Program-made: the position numbers and the translations under genes
Notes under the pieces: generated by a model
Told to the model about the DNA's origin: nothing
What the model saw: only the letters and a program-made list of their open reading frames with translations
Databases searched by the model: none
Assembly (NCBI GenBank): GCA_040255465.1
Contig: JBDZVA010000002.1
Span: forward strand, 487,017 to 551,016
Direction of reading: 5' to 3'
Length of the DNA stretch: 64,000 nt
Origin: Planctomycetaceae bacterium
GTDB taxonomy: Bacteria > Planctomycetota > Phycisphaerae > Phycisphaerales > UBA5793
In this document: in pieces, positions 16,521 to 25,917 of the stretch
How the letters are laid out: the number at the start of each line of letters is the position of its first letter
Numbering within the stretch: the stretch's first letter is position 1

Positions 16521-18281
16521 TCAGGGCTCGACACCGCTTTCACGGCGCAGCAGCCACCGCATCTCATCGAGTTTCATGATCGAAGCCGCCCCGATGAACA
16601 CGACGATTCCAAGGACGGTGAAGCCGGCCAGTTCGAGCAACGAACCTTGCCAATCGCGGGTTTCGACAGTGCAGACGTACCGACCGATCCCCAATGCCGC
16701 TGTCATGATGGCGGCTGCGATCGCAATCCTGCCGATGTGACGGGCGAGCGATCTGTCGACGACCTGCCCCGTCACGCGCCGCATGCCGCGCACCAGCAGG
16801 ATGACCTGGAGCATCGCGCAGATCGACGTCGAAGTCGCCAGCCCGGCCTCGCCAAGCCACCAGATCAGCAGCACGTTGAGCGTCAGATTCGCGCCAACCA
16901 TGTAGAGGGAGATGCGCACCGGCGTCAGCGAATCACCCCGGGCAAAATAGGCGCGGGTGATCACATGGATGATCGAATAGGCGCAGACTGCGGGCGCATA
17001 GCCGAGCAGCACCCGCGCGACACGGATGACATCATCTGCGGGGAATTGACCGCCGTGATAGATGACGGCGGTCATCGGCGTGGCGACGAACATCAGTCCG
17101 ATGGTGGCGGGCAGGCCGATGAAGATCGTCAGCCGCAGGCCATGGCGCACAACCTCGATGAATTCGCCGTCCATCTTCGATGCCCGAGCCAGGGCCGGAT
17201 AGATCGCAGTAGCGACGGCAATGCCAAAAACGCCCAACGGAAACTGGTAGAGGCGCTGGGCGTAGCCGACGACCGCCGCGGAGTGGCCGTCAAGTGGATA
17301 GTCGAGTCCGAGGAACTTGGGCCCCACGAGAAACGGATACGACGCGATCACACCGTCAAAGAAGGTATTGAGTTGCAGCACGCCGAGCCCGATGATCATG
17401 GGCAGCGCAAAGCGCCAGGTGCTGCGCAGATCGGCTCGTCTCTCACGCAACTCTGCACGGGCAGGGGCTGGCACTCCGCGACGAGCATCCCGCAGCGCCC
17501 AGAGCGACCAGATGATCTGCACCACACCCGACATGAGAATCGCCGCGCAAACGAAGTAGAGCCCGGTCGAGCGTTCGAATTCGGGGTGCGCGGCGGCATA
17601 GAGCGCCGTGACGAGCGTCGGGACGATAATGCCGAGGTTGAGCAGGATCGGCGACGCGGCCGTTGGACCGAAGCGGCCATGCACCTGAAGGACGGCGCCG
17701 AGCAGCGCCGTCACGCACACCATGGGCATGTAAGGAAAAACGAGCATCGTCAGCTCGACCGCCAGAACGCGCGTCGAGATGTCCGGCTGCCCGTGCCAGC
17801 GCAGCCAGAGCGCACCGAGAACGAGCTCGACCAGTACGGTGATCACCGTCAGCACCAGCGCCGTGGAACCAATGACGAGGCGCGCGTACGCCCTCGCCTT
17901 GCGAGGATCTTCGTCGACTAAGGTGGTGTAGCGAGGCAGAAACGAGGCGCTGAGCGCGCCTTCGCCGAAGAGTCGGCGGAACAGGTTTGGAATGAGGAAC
18001 GCAAAGGTAAACGCGCCAAACTCCGGCCCCGATCCGAACGTGCGCGAATTCCCCGCATCGCGCGCCAGGCCGGCGATGCGCGACACCAGAGTCAGGGCTG
18101 AGATGACCCACGTATCAGCGACAAGCCGCCTCGCTTGCGACGCGGGTTGGCCCGAAGTGGTGGCGGCGGATTCTGGCGTCGGTCGGGAAGGCACTTGGGA
18201 GTCGGTTTCCTGGCGTCGGTCGCGAAAAGACCAGCCTCCGCGGCCCGATTCGAGTTCCGGCGGAGAACACGCCTTACTCAT
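16521..18281 (-). CDS. murJ: Lipid II flippase MurJ (MviN)
   Basis: SRIAGLARD, PNLFRRLFGEGALSASFLP and RLYQFPLGVFG motifs. Start uncertain. Confidence 0.95.
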   Translation of the reverse strand: MSKACSPPELESGRGGWSFRDRRQETDSQVPSRPTPESAATTSGQPASQARRLVADTWVISALTLVSRIAGLARDAGNSRTFGSGPEFGAFTFAFLIPNLFRRLFGEGALSASFLPRYTTLVDEDPRKARAYARLVIGSTALVLTVITVLVELVLGALWLRWHGQPDISTRVLAVELTMLVFPYMPMVCVTALLGAVLQVHGRFGPTAASPILLNLGIIVPTLVTALYAAAHPEFERSTGLYFVCAAILMSGVVQIIWSLWALRDARRGVPAPARAELRERRADLRSTWRFALPMIIGLGVLQLNTFFDGVIASYPFLVGPKFLGLDYPLDGHSAAVVGYAQRLYQFPLGVFGIAVATAIYPALARASKMDGEFIEVVRHGLRLTIFIGLPATIGLMFVATPMTAVIYHGGQFPADDVIRVARVLLGYAPAVCAYSIIHVITRAYFARGDSLTPVRISLYMVGANLTLNVLLIWWLGEAGLATSTSICAMLQVILLVRGMRRVTGQVVDRSLARHIGRIAIAAAIMTAALGIGRYVCTVETRDWQGSLLELAGFTVLGIVVFIGAASIMKLDEMRWLLRRESGVEP

Positions 18282-18404
18282 CGTCGCGAGCGAACCGCGC
18301 GCATCATTATTGCCCGCACCGTCACCTCAACGGATGGCCGAGCGGCCTACCGGCGCGTCGAAAAAGTGGAGCGACACGCGGCAGCGCGACGGCGGGGGCC
18401 GGAC

Positions 18405-19874
18405 TCACGCCTGCTTGAGGCTGCGGGCCTCTTCGGAGAGGTATCCCGGGCCGCGTGTAAAGGCGACTTCCTTGCCCACGGGCATCACATCTTCAAACAT
18501 GCCCTTGCGCGGGGCGGAACGGCGCGACACGATCGCGGCTCCCATCACGAGGATGTAGAAGCCAAAGAACGCGACTCCCAGCGCGGTCAGAATCCACTGG
18601 GTCAGGATCTGAAGCGAACCGACTTCGCCCGTCAGATGAGCGACGTTGGCAGTCAGGCCGGCGTATTCGGCCCGCACGCCGGCCGCGGGCTGAACCAGCG
18701 CAATCCAGCATGCTGTGCCGACGAACATCGCCAGGCTCAGCGGAAGCAGGCCTTTCACGCAGCCGTGCATGACCTGATCGATGCGAATGCGCGGCACCGT
18801 CCAGCGGATCCACATGTGGATGAAGACGACCAGCAGCGCCTTGCCAACGACCCAGCACATGCCGTAGATGTTGAGCACGAGCAGGCCGAACCACCCGCCG
18901 CTCATGCCCATCGCCGCGGCCAGTTCGCTCCAATTGGAGATGCCCAGTAGGTGTCCCGTAAAGTACATCTTTCCAACGACGACCGGGTCGTAGTGCAGGG
19001 CCATGTAGACGGGGTCGAGAGAGCCCAGCGGGCTGTTCCAGGCGCCCAGGAAAAGCACCGCCTGGATGCAGCCCACGACGAACATTCCCGCGTACTCCGC
19101 AAAGAAGAAAAACGAGAATCGCAGACCCGAGTACTCCGTGTGGAACCCGGCAACGAGTTCGGATTCGCCTTCGGGCAGGTCGAAGGGCGCCCGCTTGGAT
19201 GAGGCGAGCGACGCAATGAAGTAGATGAAGAACGCGCCGAAGATGAATGGATTCTGGTAAAACAGCCAGGTCTGGATACCGCCGCCCTGCAGGTAGCCGA
19301 GATCGACGAGGTTGAGTGTCCCGGCAACCAGCACGCCGCAGAGGATCGCCACACCAAGCGGAATCTCGTAGCTGACCATCTGGCACGCTTCGCGCATGGC
19401 CCCGTAGATGGCCCACTTCGAGTTGCTCGCCCAGCCCGAGAGAATCACGCCCATCACTTCCACGCCGAGAATCGCGAGGATGTAAAGCAGACCGACATTC
19501 AATCCGGCTTCAAATACGAACTGTGGTCCAAAGGGAATCGCCAGAAACGCGGCGAGCACGGGAGCGAACGCAAGATACGGTGCGAGGCGAAAGAGGAATG
19601 AATCAGCCCCGGCCGGAACGAGATCTTCCTTGATGAGCAGTTTCAGGCCGTCGGCCAGTGACTGAAGGATGCCGAACGGTCCGACGTGCGTGGGACCAAG
19701 ACGACCCTGGATATGCCCCGCCACTTTGCGCTCCGCCCAGATGCTCAGCATCGCCAGGAGGCTGATCCCGGGGAGAAACACCACCGCGGCGACCATGACC
19801 TTCACCATGACAAGGCAAAGCCAGAAGGGCACGCCAAGGGCGTCAGCCAGACTTTGAGACAACTCTGCAAGCAT
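18405..19874 (-). CDS. nuoH: NADH-quinone oxidoreductase subunit H (enlarged)
   Basis: ERKVAGHIQGRLGP, ADGLKLLIKED, QMVSYEIP, RAPFDLPEGESELVAGFHTEYSG and RWTVPRIRIDQ motifs. Confidence 0.95.
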   Translation of the reverse strand: MLAELSQSLADALGVPFWLCLVMVKVMVAAVVFLPGISLLAMLSIWAERKVAGHIQGRLGPTHVGPFGILQSLADGLKLLIKEDLVPAGADSFLFRLAPYLAFAPVLAAFLAIPFGPQFVFEAGLNVGLLYILAILGVEVMGVILSGWASNSKWAIYGAMREACQMVSYEIPLGVAILCGVLVAGTLNLVDLGYLQGGGIQTWLFYQNPFIFGAFFIYFIASLASSKRAPFDLPEGESELVAGFHTEYSGLRFSFFFFAEYAGMFVVGCIQAVLFLGAWNSPLGSLDPVYMALHYDPVVVGKMYFTGHLLGISNWSELAAAMGMSGGWFGLLVLNIYGMCWVVGKALLVVFIHMWIRWTVPRIRIDQVMHGCVKGLLPLSLAMFVGTACWIALVQPAAGVRAEYAGLTANVAHLTGEVGSLQILTQWILTALGVAFFGFYILVMGAAIVSRRSAPRKGMFEDVMPVGKEVAFTRGPGYLSEEARSLKQA

Positions 19875-20183
19875 GCTTGAAATCCGTTTCGCTGGCCATG
19901 GACCGGTAAGGGCCAAGTTTAGCCGAACCGAAGTGGCCGGCAAACTGCCAGAACCTCTCTCGGGGCGCATCCGTATAGGAGTATGCGACAGCAGTCGTCG
20001 GCACAACATCGCCGTAGTGGCCCAGTCGGAGCAGGCACAGGGCTTCCTTATCGAAGCAGGGTTTCCTCCATGCGGCACGCGGCGATGAGCCGTTTTTCTT
20101 CCATTCGACCCTCAGACTTCACCTAGGATTGTGGCACAGCCCGACCAAGCTGTGCCCCCCGAGAGCCGCCCGGAGATCCCGCC

Positions 20184-21176
20184 ATGCAGCCAGTCAATCG
20201 CTTCATCGTTTCCTGCAGTTCGTTGATCGCGCTGGGCACATCCGGTGTCGTCCTGGGCCAGGCCACGATCCAACGCCCGGTGGTTCAAACGGCTCGAGTC
20301 CGGACAACGGTCAGCGCGCCGGCCTCAGTCGTGGCGCCGCCTCTGCCTTCTCAGGAGGCGACTCGAGCGTTTATCATCGCCAAGCGGGCATATGACAAGG
20401 ACATCAAGCGCATCCGTGGTCAATACCTGGGTGGCAAGCAGTTTCCGGCAACGAGGCAGCGAGGCCTGGAAGAACTGGCCAAGCTGACCGACGCTGCTGC
20501 GGTGGAGCCGCTGATAGACCTGGCTCGCAAAGAAAAGTCCGATGTTCGCGAGTGGCTCTTCGAGCACTTCGCCGAACGCCTTGATCCCGAGGTTGGTCAA
20601 TCAACCCTCGCCTGGATGGCGATTCATGATCAGGATCCCGAAATGCGCAAGGGTGCTCGTCAACACCTCCGAGGGCCGGCCGGGAAGACCACGCAGATGG
20701 TTGTCGAGCGCGCCATCGATTCCGCCAACATGGATATCGTCAGCGCCGGAGCCGGTGCGGCCGGAGCGCTGCACCTCGTCCAGGCCATTCCGCATCTCAT
20801 CGTCGCCCAGCAGCCCGTGCCGTCCATGAGTGGATCGGGCGACCTGGCGTTCATCTCCGTCGGAACGCAGCGCTATCTGGTGACAGACCTTCAGCCAGTG
20901 GTCGGTGACAATTCGGTGGGATTCGATCCGACGCTGACCGTTGCGACCGAAGGAACGGTCGTTCGGATCATTGATGCCGTTGTAGAGTTCTACAACCTCG
21001 ATGCGCACAACGCTCTGGTCAACATCGTCAAAGATGATTTCGGCCAGCCCGTGGACTTCGGGTTCAATGTGCCGCGCTGGAAGCAATGGTATGAAGAGGA
21101 GTATCTGCCCTTCGCCCAGGCGCGTGATGCCAAGCGTGCGGCTCCGCCATCGGGTCGCCTAGAGCCCGCAAAGTAG
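20184..21176 (+). CDS. Secreted HEAT-repeat-like protein
   Basis: Signal peptide (VVLG-Q); helical repeats AAVEPLIDL, DPEMRKGA and QAIPHLI. Confidence 0.7.
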   Translation: MQPVNRFIVSCSSLIALGTSGVVLGQATIQRPVVQTARVRTTVSAPASVVAPPLPSQEATRAFIIAKRAYDKDIKRIRGQYLGGKQFPATRQRGLEELAKLTDAAAVEPLIDLARKEKSDVREWLFEHFAERLDPEVGQSTLAWMAIHDQDPEMRKGARQHLRGPAGKTTQMVVERAIDSANMDIVSAGAGAAGALHLVQAIPHLIVAQQPVPSMSGSGDLAFISVGTQRYLVTDLQPVVGDNSVGFDPTLTVATEGTVVRIIDAVVEFYNLDAHNALVNIVKDDFGQPVDFGFNVPRWKQWYEEEYLPFAQARDAKRAAPPSGRLEPAK

Positions 21177-21302
21177 TCCGAGAAGTTGCCCACACCAGCC
21201 ATCTCGCCGACGACGAGGGGCAGAACCGGGCCAACGCCGCATGGAGCCTCAGCGTTCACCTGATTATCCTCTGTCAGGTTACGATCGCATTGGAGGCCCA
21301 GG

Positions 21303-22469
21303 ATGAGCACCACCAGCAAGCCGAATCTTTCACACCTCGACCCTGAGAAGCACACTCCCAAGGAGCATGGCTGGCTCGAACTCGTCGACGTCGACCACGT
21401 CGAGTTCTACGTCGGCAACGCTCGACAGGCTGCGTACTACTACGCCGCCGCGTTCGGCTTCAACATCACCGCGTACAAAGGGCAGGAGACCGGCAGTCGC
21501 GATGCGGCCAGCTACCTGCTGGAGCAGGGCAACATCCGATTCGTGCTCACGACGGGACTGACCAAGGACCATCCCGCTCAGCGGCACGTTAGCCTCTTTG
21601 GTGACGGCGTCAAGGGCGTCAACTTCACGGTGAAAGACGCCGAGGACGCTTACGAGCAGACCACCCGTCGCGGCGGCCGCAGCGCACAGGAACCGACTGT
21701 GGAGAAAGACGACCACGGTCAGATCACTCGTTCGGCTATCTACACCTACGGCGAGGTGAATCACGCCTTCATTGATCGGTCCCGGTACAAGGGCAAGTTC
21801 CTGCCCGGGTTCATGCCCATCGACCCGCCGGTGAACAAGGTGAATGCGGACGGCGATTGCGGCCTCAAGTTTGTCGATCACCTCGTCGGCAACGTCGAGT
21901 TGGGCAAGATGAACGTCTGGGTGAAGTGGTATGAAGAAGTCATGGGCTTCACCATGTTCAAGCACTTTGACGACAAAGACATTTCCACCGAGTACTCCTC
22001 GCTGATGAGCAAGGTCATGAGCAGCGGTCGCGGCCTCATCAAGATGCCCATCAACGAACCCGCTCCGGGGCGCGGCAAGAGCCAGGTGCAGGAATACCTC
22101 GACTGGCACAACAACACGCCCGGCGTGCAGCACCTCGCGCTGCGATCTCGCGATGAACTCAACTCCGTCCGACTGCTCCGCGAGCGCGGCGTCGAATTCC
22201 TCAAACTCCCCGACACCTATTACGACATCGTCTGGGACCGCGTGGGCGAGATCGAGGAAGATCGCCAGAAGATCAAGGAACTGGGGATCCTCGTTGATCG
22301 CGATGACGAGGGGTACCTGCTCCAGATCTTCAGTCGGCCCGTCCAGGATCGTCCGACGCTCTTTTTCGAGATCATCACGCGCCGTGGTTCGCAAAGCTTC
22401 GGCAAGGGCAACTTCAAGGCCCTCTTTGAAGCGCTTGAACTCGAACAGAGCCGTCGCGGCAACCTGTAG
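21303..22469 (+). CDS. hppD: 4-hydroxyphenylpyruvate dioxygenase
   Basis: DHVEFYVGNA, DHLVGNV, GVQHLAL, GYLLQIF and C-terminal FGKGNFKALFEALE motifs. Confidence 0.97.
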   Translation: MSTTSKPNLSHLDPEKHTPKEHGWLELVDVDHVEFYVGNARQAAYYYAAAFGFNITAYKGQETGSRDAASYLLEQGNIRFVLTTGLTKDHPAQRHVSLFGDGVKGVNFTVKDAEDAYEQTTRRGGRSAQEPTVEKDDHGQITRSAIYTYGEVNHAFIDRSRYKGKFLPGFMPIDPPVNKVNADGDCGLKFVDHLVGNVELGKMNVWVKWYEEVMGFTMFKHFDDKDISTEYSSLMSKVMSSGRGLIKMPINEPAPGRGKSQVQEYLDWHNNTPGVQHLALRSRDELNSVRLLRERGVEFLKLPDTYYDIVWDRVGEIEEDRQKIKELGILVDRDDEGYLLQIFSRPVQDRPTLFFEIITRRGSQSFGKGNFKALFEALELEQSRRGNL

Positions 22470-22471
22470 CG

Positions 22472-23272
22472 CTAGCGGAGATCGAAGAGTCGATTGTCCG
22501 CAGTTGCGCCAAACCATCCGATGTGCAAATCGCGCATCTGCGATTCGGTGACGCCGTAGATGTTGCCCTTCGTAAACGAGAGTTCGCGACGGGCCACGTG
22601 GCCGTCCGCCCAACCGACGTTGGCCGCGCCGGCATGGCGGAAGTGAATGGACGGATCCAGAGGATACGGCGAGTCGCGCTGCAGTGGAGGCTCGGCAAAG
22701 CTGTACTCGATCAATCGCAGAGTCGGGACCGGCATGGCCAGAGCCGTGTCGGCGAACAGAACCGTTTCATCGGGGCGCGCAATGGCGGAGCATCGCACGC
22801 CGACTTGATCGCCGTCATCGCCCACGCCGATGTACGCATTGTTGTACCCGTAGCCGCCGCAGCCCGCCTCAAAATCCATCTGTTCGTTGCGCGGCCCGGG
22901 CACGAAAGAAGGACACTGACGCACGGCGCCCTGAGGTCCCAAATGGGGTGACAGTGGCCCGTTCCGAGGCTCGAACGCATCGCGCGAATGGGGTCGCGTC
23001 CCGAACCAGCGATCGAGATTGCGCTCGAACCGGGCGGCGCCCGGCACTAACCGCCCCGCGTTTTCGTTTGAGTACGCCAGATTTGCGAGGACGAGCTGGC
23101 GGAGATTCGAAGCGCACGCTGCGCTGCGCGAAGCGTCTCGCGCTCCGCGCAGCGCCGGCACGAGTAGACCGACAAGCAGTGCGACCACTCCCATCACGAC
23201 GAGCAGTTCGATGAGTGTGAACCCCTGGTCGCTCCCGACTGATCGAGTTGGTCTTCGGCTCATGGAGTTCAC
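22472..23272 (-). CDS. Prepilin-type N-terminal cleavage/methylation protein with H-X9-DG motif (DUF1559-like)
   Basis: [10 protein letters not shown] leader, CASNLRQL, and [12 protein letters not shown] (exact H-X9-DG). Confidence 0.92.
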   Translation of the reverse strand: MNSMSRRPTRSVGSDQGFTLIELLVVMGVVALLVGLLVPALRGARDASRSAACASNLRQLVLANLAYSNENAGRLVPGAARFERNLDRWFGTRPHSRDAFEPRNGPLSPHLGPQGAVRQCPSFVPGPRNEQMDFEAGCGGYGYNNAYIGVGDDGDQVGVRCSAIARPDETVLFADTALAMPVPTLRLIEYSFAEPPLQRDSPYPLDPSIHFRHAGAANVGWADGHVARRELSFTKGNIYGVTESQMRDLHIGWFGATADNRLFDLR

Positions 23273-24171
23273 CTCACCGCGGCCACGCCGCCGATTTCCG
23301 CCGACACCTCGCCGAATGGCCCGTTCTGGGCATCGACCGCAGTCGTAATGCGAACAAAGTCGATGCCGCGCAGATGTGCCGACTGACCCGTCAGCGGATC
23401 AACCGCCCAGGCAATGTCGAACCCATCCCCGCCACCGCTGCCCGGCGTGATGCCTTCGATGCGAGGATCATCAGGCACGGTGTAGAAGTCCTCCGGTCCC
23501 AGGTTCGGATCATCGATGATGTTGTCCGCGTTGAGGTCGCCGAGCAGCAGCGTGGGGTTCATGTCCGCGTATCCCCAGAAGGCTTCGCTGCCGTCCGTGT
23601 TCGTGTTGAAGATCGGCGGATGGCCGAACGGCTCGTCGGGCAGAATGAAGTAGCCGTCGCGCCGCTGACGCTTCGGGTCGGTCAGGTGCGAACCGGGAAT
23701 CACGAACCAGGGGTCATCGGCAAGCCCGTTGTGATTGGCGTCGTAACTGACCTCGACCACCGCCGCCTCTGCCCATCGGATCGATGGGAGCCCGATGAGC
23801 CAGGACGCATTGCCAAAGACGATGAAATCCAGTCCCATGGGGTGGTCGGCGTCGTCCCAGATGGTCTGATCAAAGCCAAGAGTAATGGACCCCCCGAACC
23901 CGCCGAGCGTGACGAGCTTGAAGTTGTCGGGTGCGATCGTGCCGCCCCCGATCGGCGCGCCAAGCGCCCTTTGCGAATCGTTGTACAGCGGGTCGTTTGT
24001 AAACTGGCCGGGCGCGGGAGAGTAGTCGATGACGCGCGTCGCGAAGGGCGAGTGCCTTCCGGCGCCGGGTGCGATGGCACGCCACGGTGGATTGGCGGCA
24101 GCGGCCGGAGTCATTGTCGCACTGAGCATCAGTGTTGCGGCCGCGAAGACGGTAGAGTTACGTCGCATCAT
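23269..24171 (-). CDS. Secreted protein resembling Bacteroidetes cell-surface proteins of B12 loci (BtuH-like candidate)
   Basis: Signal peptide; [54 protein letters not shown] and IDFVRI motifs. Family link is from recall and not searched. Confidence 0.65.
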   Translation of the reverse strand: MMRRNSTVFAAATLMLSATMTPAAAANPPWRAIAPGAGRHSPFATRVIDYSPAPGQFTNDPLYNDSQRALGAPIGGGTIAPDNFKLVTLGGFGGSITLGFDQTIWDDADHPMGLDFIVFGNASWLIGLPSIRWAEAAVVEVSYDANHNGLADDPWFVIPGSHLTDPKRQRRDGYFILPDEPFGHPPIFNTNTDGSEAFWGYADMNPTLLLGDLNADNIIDDPNLGPEDFYTVPDDPRIEGITPGSGGGDGFDIAWAVDPLTGQSAHLRGIDFVRITTAVDAQNGPFGEVSAEIGGVAAVR

Positions 24172-25243
24172 GGCGGCTCCCGTCCCGACGCCGCCGCCGA
24201 ACCAGGAAACCAGTCCCCATCGTCAGCACCAACAGCGTGCCCGGTGCGGGAATCGGAGCATAGCGATAGAGCGTGAATGAGGAACCGGAGGCGATCAACC
24301 ACTCTCCCGTAACTTCATTGAACATCGCGCCATAGAAGCTGAACGGCTCAGCTTCCGGATCATCCGTAAACAGATCGGGCCAGTCGAGGGCGCCCAGTCC
24401 GTCAAATGCTCGGCGGACCGCCGACCCGTCCGCGAGGGCAAAGTAGTCGATGGCTCCTCGGTCGAAATCGCCGCCGCCGATGAATAGCTGGCCCGCTGAG
24501 TCGAACGAGAGGCCCGAGGCGGAAAGCACGCGACCAATGTACTGGCCTGAAGTGGCGAAGTCGATCACCCCCTGTTGCCCGCTGAGCACTTCCGCGAGGT
24601 CCGCGGCACGAAATGCGCGGATGTCTCCAATATCCGATCCACCCGGGATGAAGTCGTAGCCGTTGCCGGTAAAGAGATTGCCCTGCCCATCGAAGGCGAG
24701 CCCGCCCGAAGCGCCGTCGAGGTTGAGCACGAGTGTTGACGATCCATCGACGAGATCGAGGATGCGCACTTCGCCGAGGAACGTGCCCGGGTTGGCGGCG
24801 GTGATGGCCAGGCGATTGTTGTCGTACCACGCCGCGGCGTAGTTCTCGTGTTCAAACGCGCGATGCGAGATCGGCCCGCCGTTGAGATCGGAAAGCGCAG
24901 CCTCGAATACGTGCGCGCCGCCGAAGTTGCCATCACCGACGACGAATCGCGTCCCATCCGGGCTCACCGATAGAAACGATGCGCCATACTCGCTGATGAG
25001 CCCGGGATCGAAAAAGCCCATCGTGGTGAACTGCCCCGAGGTCGGAGCCGTCTCGATGAGCACTGAATCGCCGTCAATGCCAATCAGCCGGCCATCTACT
25101 AGTACGTCAAACGCTCCGCCCGGCCCTTGCTGGTTGCCGACGTAGCGCAGCGGTGGGGCGGCCGAGATTGCCGCAGTGTTGATCGAGCACATGATGAGCG
25201 CCGCAAACCGCGGCGCCCATCCCGCAAAGGGAAACGCAGGCAT
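24158..25243 (-). CDS. PEP-CTERM-type sorted surface protein, probable beta-propeller
   Basis: Signal peptide; repeated blade-like motifs (LSVSPDG, LAFDGQGNLF, LSFDSAGQLF); C-terminal IPAPGTLLVLTMGTGFLVRRRRR. Confidence 0.8.
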   Translation of the reverse strand: MPAFPFAGWAPRFAALIMCSINTAAISAAPPLRYVGNQQGPGGAFDVLVDGRLIGIDGDSVLIETAPTSGQFTTMGFFDPGLISEYGASFLSVSPDGTRFVVGDGNFGGAHVFEAALSDLNGGPISHRAFEHENYAAAWYDNNRLAITAANPGTFLGEVRILDLVDGSSTLVLNLDGASGGLAFDGQGNLFTGNGYDFIPGGSDIGDIRAFRAADLAEVLSGQQGVIDFATSGQYIGRVLSASGLSFDSAGQLFIGGGDFDRGAIDYFALADGSAVRRAFDGLGALDWPDLFTDDPEAEPFSFYGAMFNEVTGEWLIASGSSFTLYRYAPIPAPGTLLVLTMGTGFLVRRRRRDGSRHDAT

Positions 25244-25439
25244 CTTTGAAACTCCTGTCTGTCACCTCTGATCGCGAGAGGTGGTTCCTGGACACAACCG
25301 GCGACACGGCCGTTCTCGCCGAGTCGGGGTCGAGCCTCTGTCAGGAACAAACAGAAGTCGAGAGCCGCGACGTCCCGGAGCGCGAGGACGACCAAGGAGA
25401 GGTTCCGCGATCGCGACCCGTTGCGATCGTGGCCTCGTG

Positions 25440-25675
25440 CCAGTGGCAGGTCTTCCGGCTCAGAGTCTGGTCTCGCCCGACCGCCTTCCCATCCTTTTTC
25501 TCATCCGGAGAGGGATGAGGGACAGTGGCGTTGTGGTCGGCCGATGCCCCAGGGAAAGAACCCCAGGGCGACCCATTACGGCGGCGCGTCCGCGGTGGAT
25601 TTGCACCACGCTTCCCATTTCAGCCTCTGTCATTCGCGTGGCTCAGCCACCGCGAACGGCTCGGGCACCATTGAC
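25440..25675 (-). ncRNA. Cobalamin (B12) riboswitch
   Basis: Minus strand: GGTGCCC...AATGGGAAGCGTGGTGCAAATCCACCGCGGACGCGCCGCCGTAA...GCCACTG...GGGAAGGC...GAGCCGGAAGACCTGCC (B12 box). Confidence 0.95.
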
Positions 25676-25680
25676 TCGCC

Positions 25681-25709
25681 ACTCTACCGGCAGTCTGCCT
25701 CCCGGTCAA
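25681..25709 (-). promoter_or_regulatory. Sigma70 promoter of the riboswitch operon
   Basis: TTGACC-N17-TAGAGT, ending just upstream of the riboswitch 5' end. Confidence 0.75.
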
Positions 25710-25767
25710 CGTCTCTCGCTCGGGTGCTGAGCCGGACAAATCGGAACAGCCCTTTTCGGGCTCCGCA

Positions 25768-25796
25768 TTGACACTGAGGCCTCCAGTCGATACATT
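25768..25796 (+). promoter_or_regulatory. Sigma70 promoter for the HEAT-repeat gene
   Basis: TTGACA-N17-TACATT. Confidence 0.75.
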
Positions 25797-25917
25797 CCGT
25801 TCTTACGATGACGCAACTTCCGGCTGTGACCGGGGGTTGCGCCTCATGGGCGACCAGGGGCTTGCGGACCTTCGGTCGTTGCGTGCTGTTTCCACCCCCC
25901 TTTGGCGGAGGTTGCCT

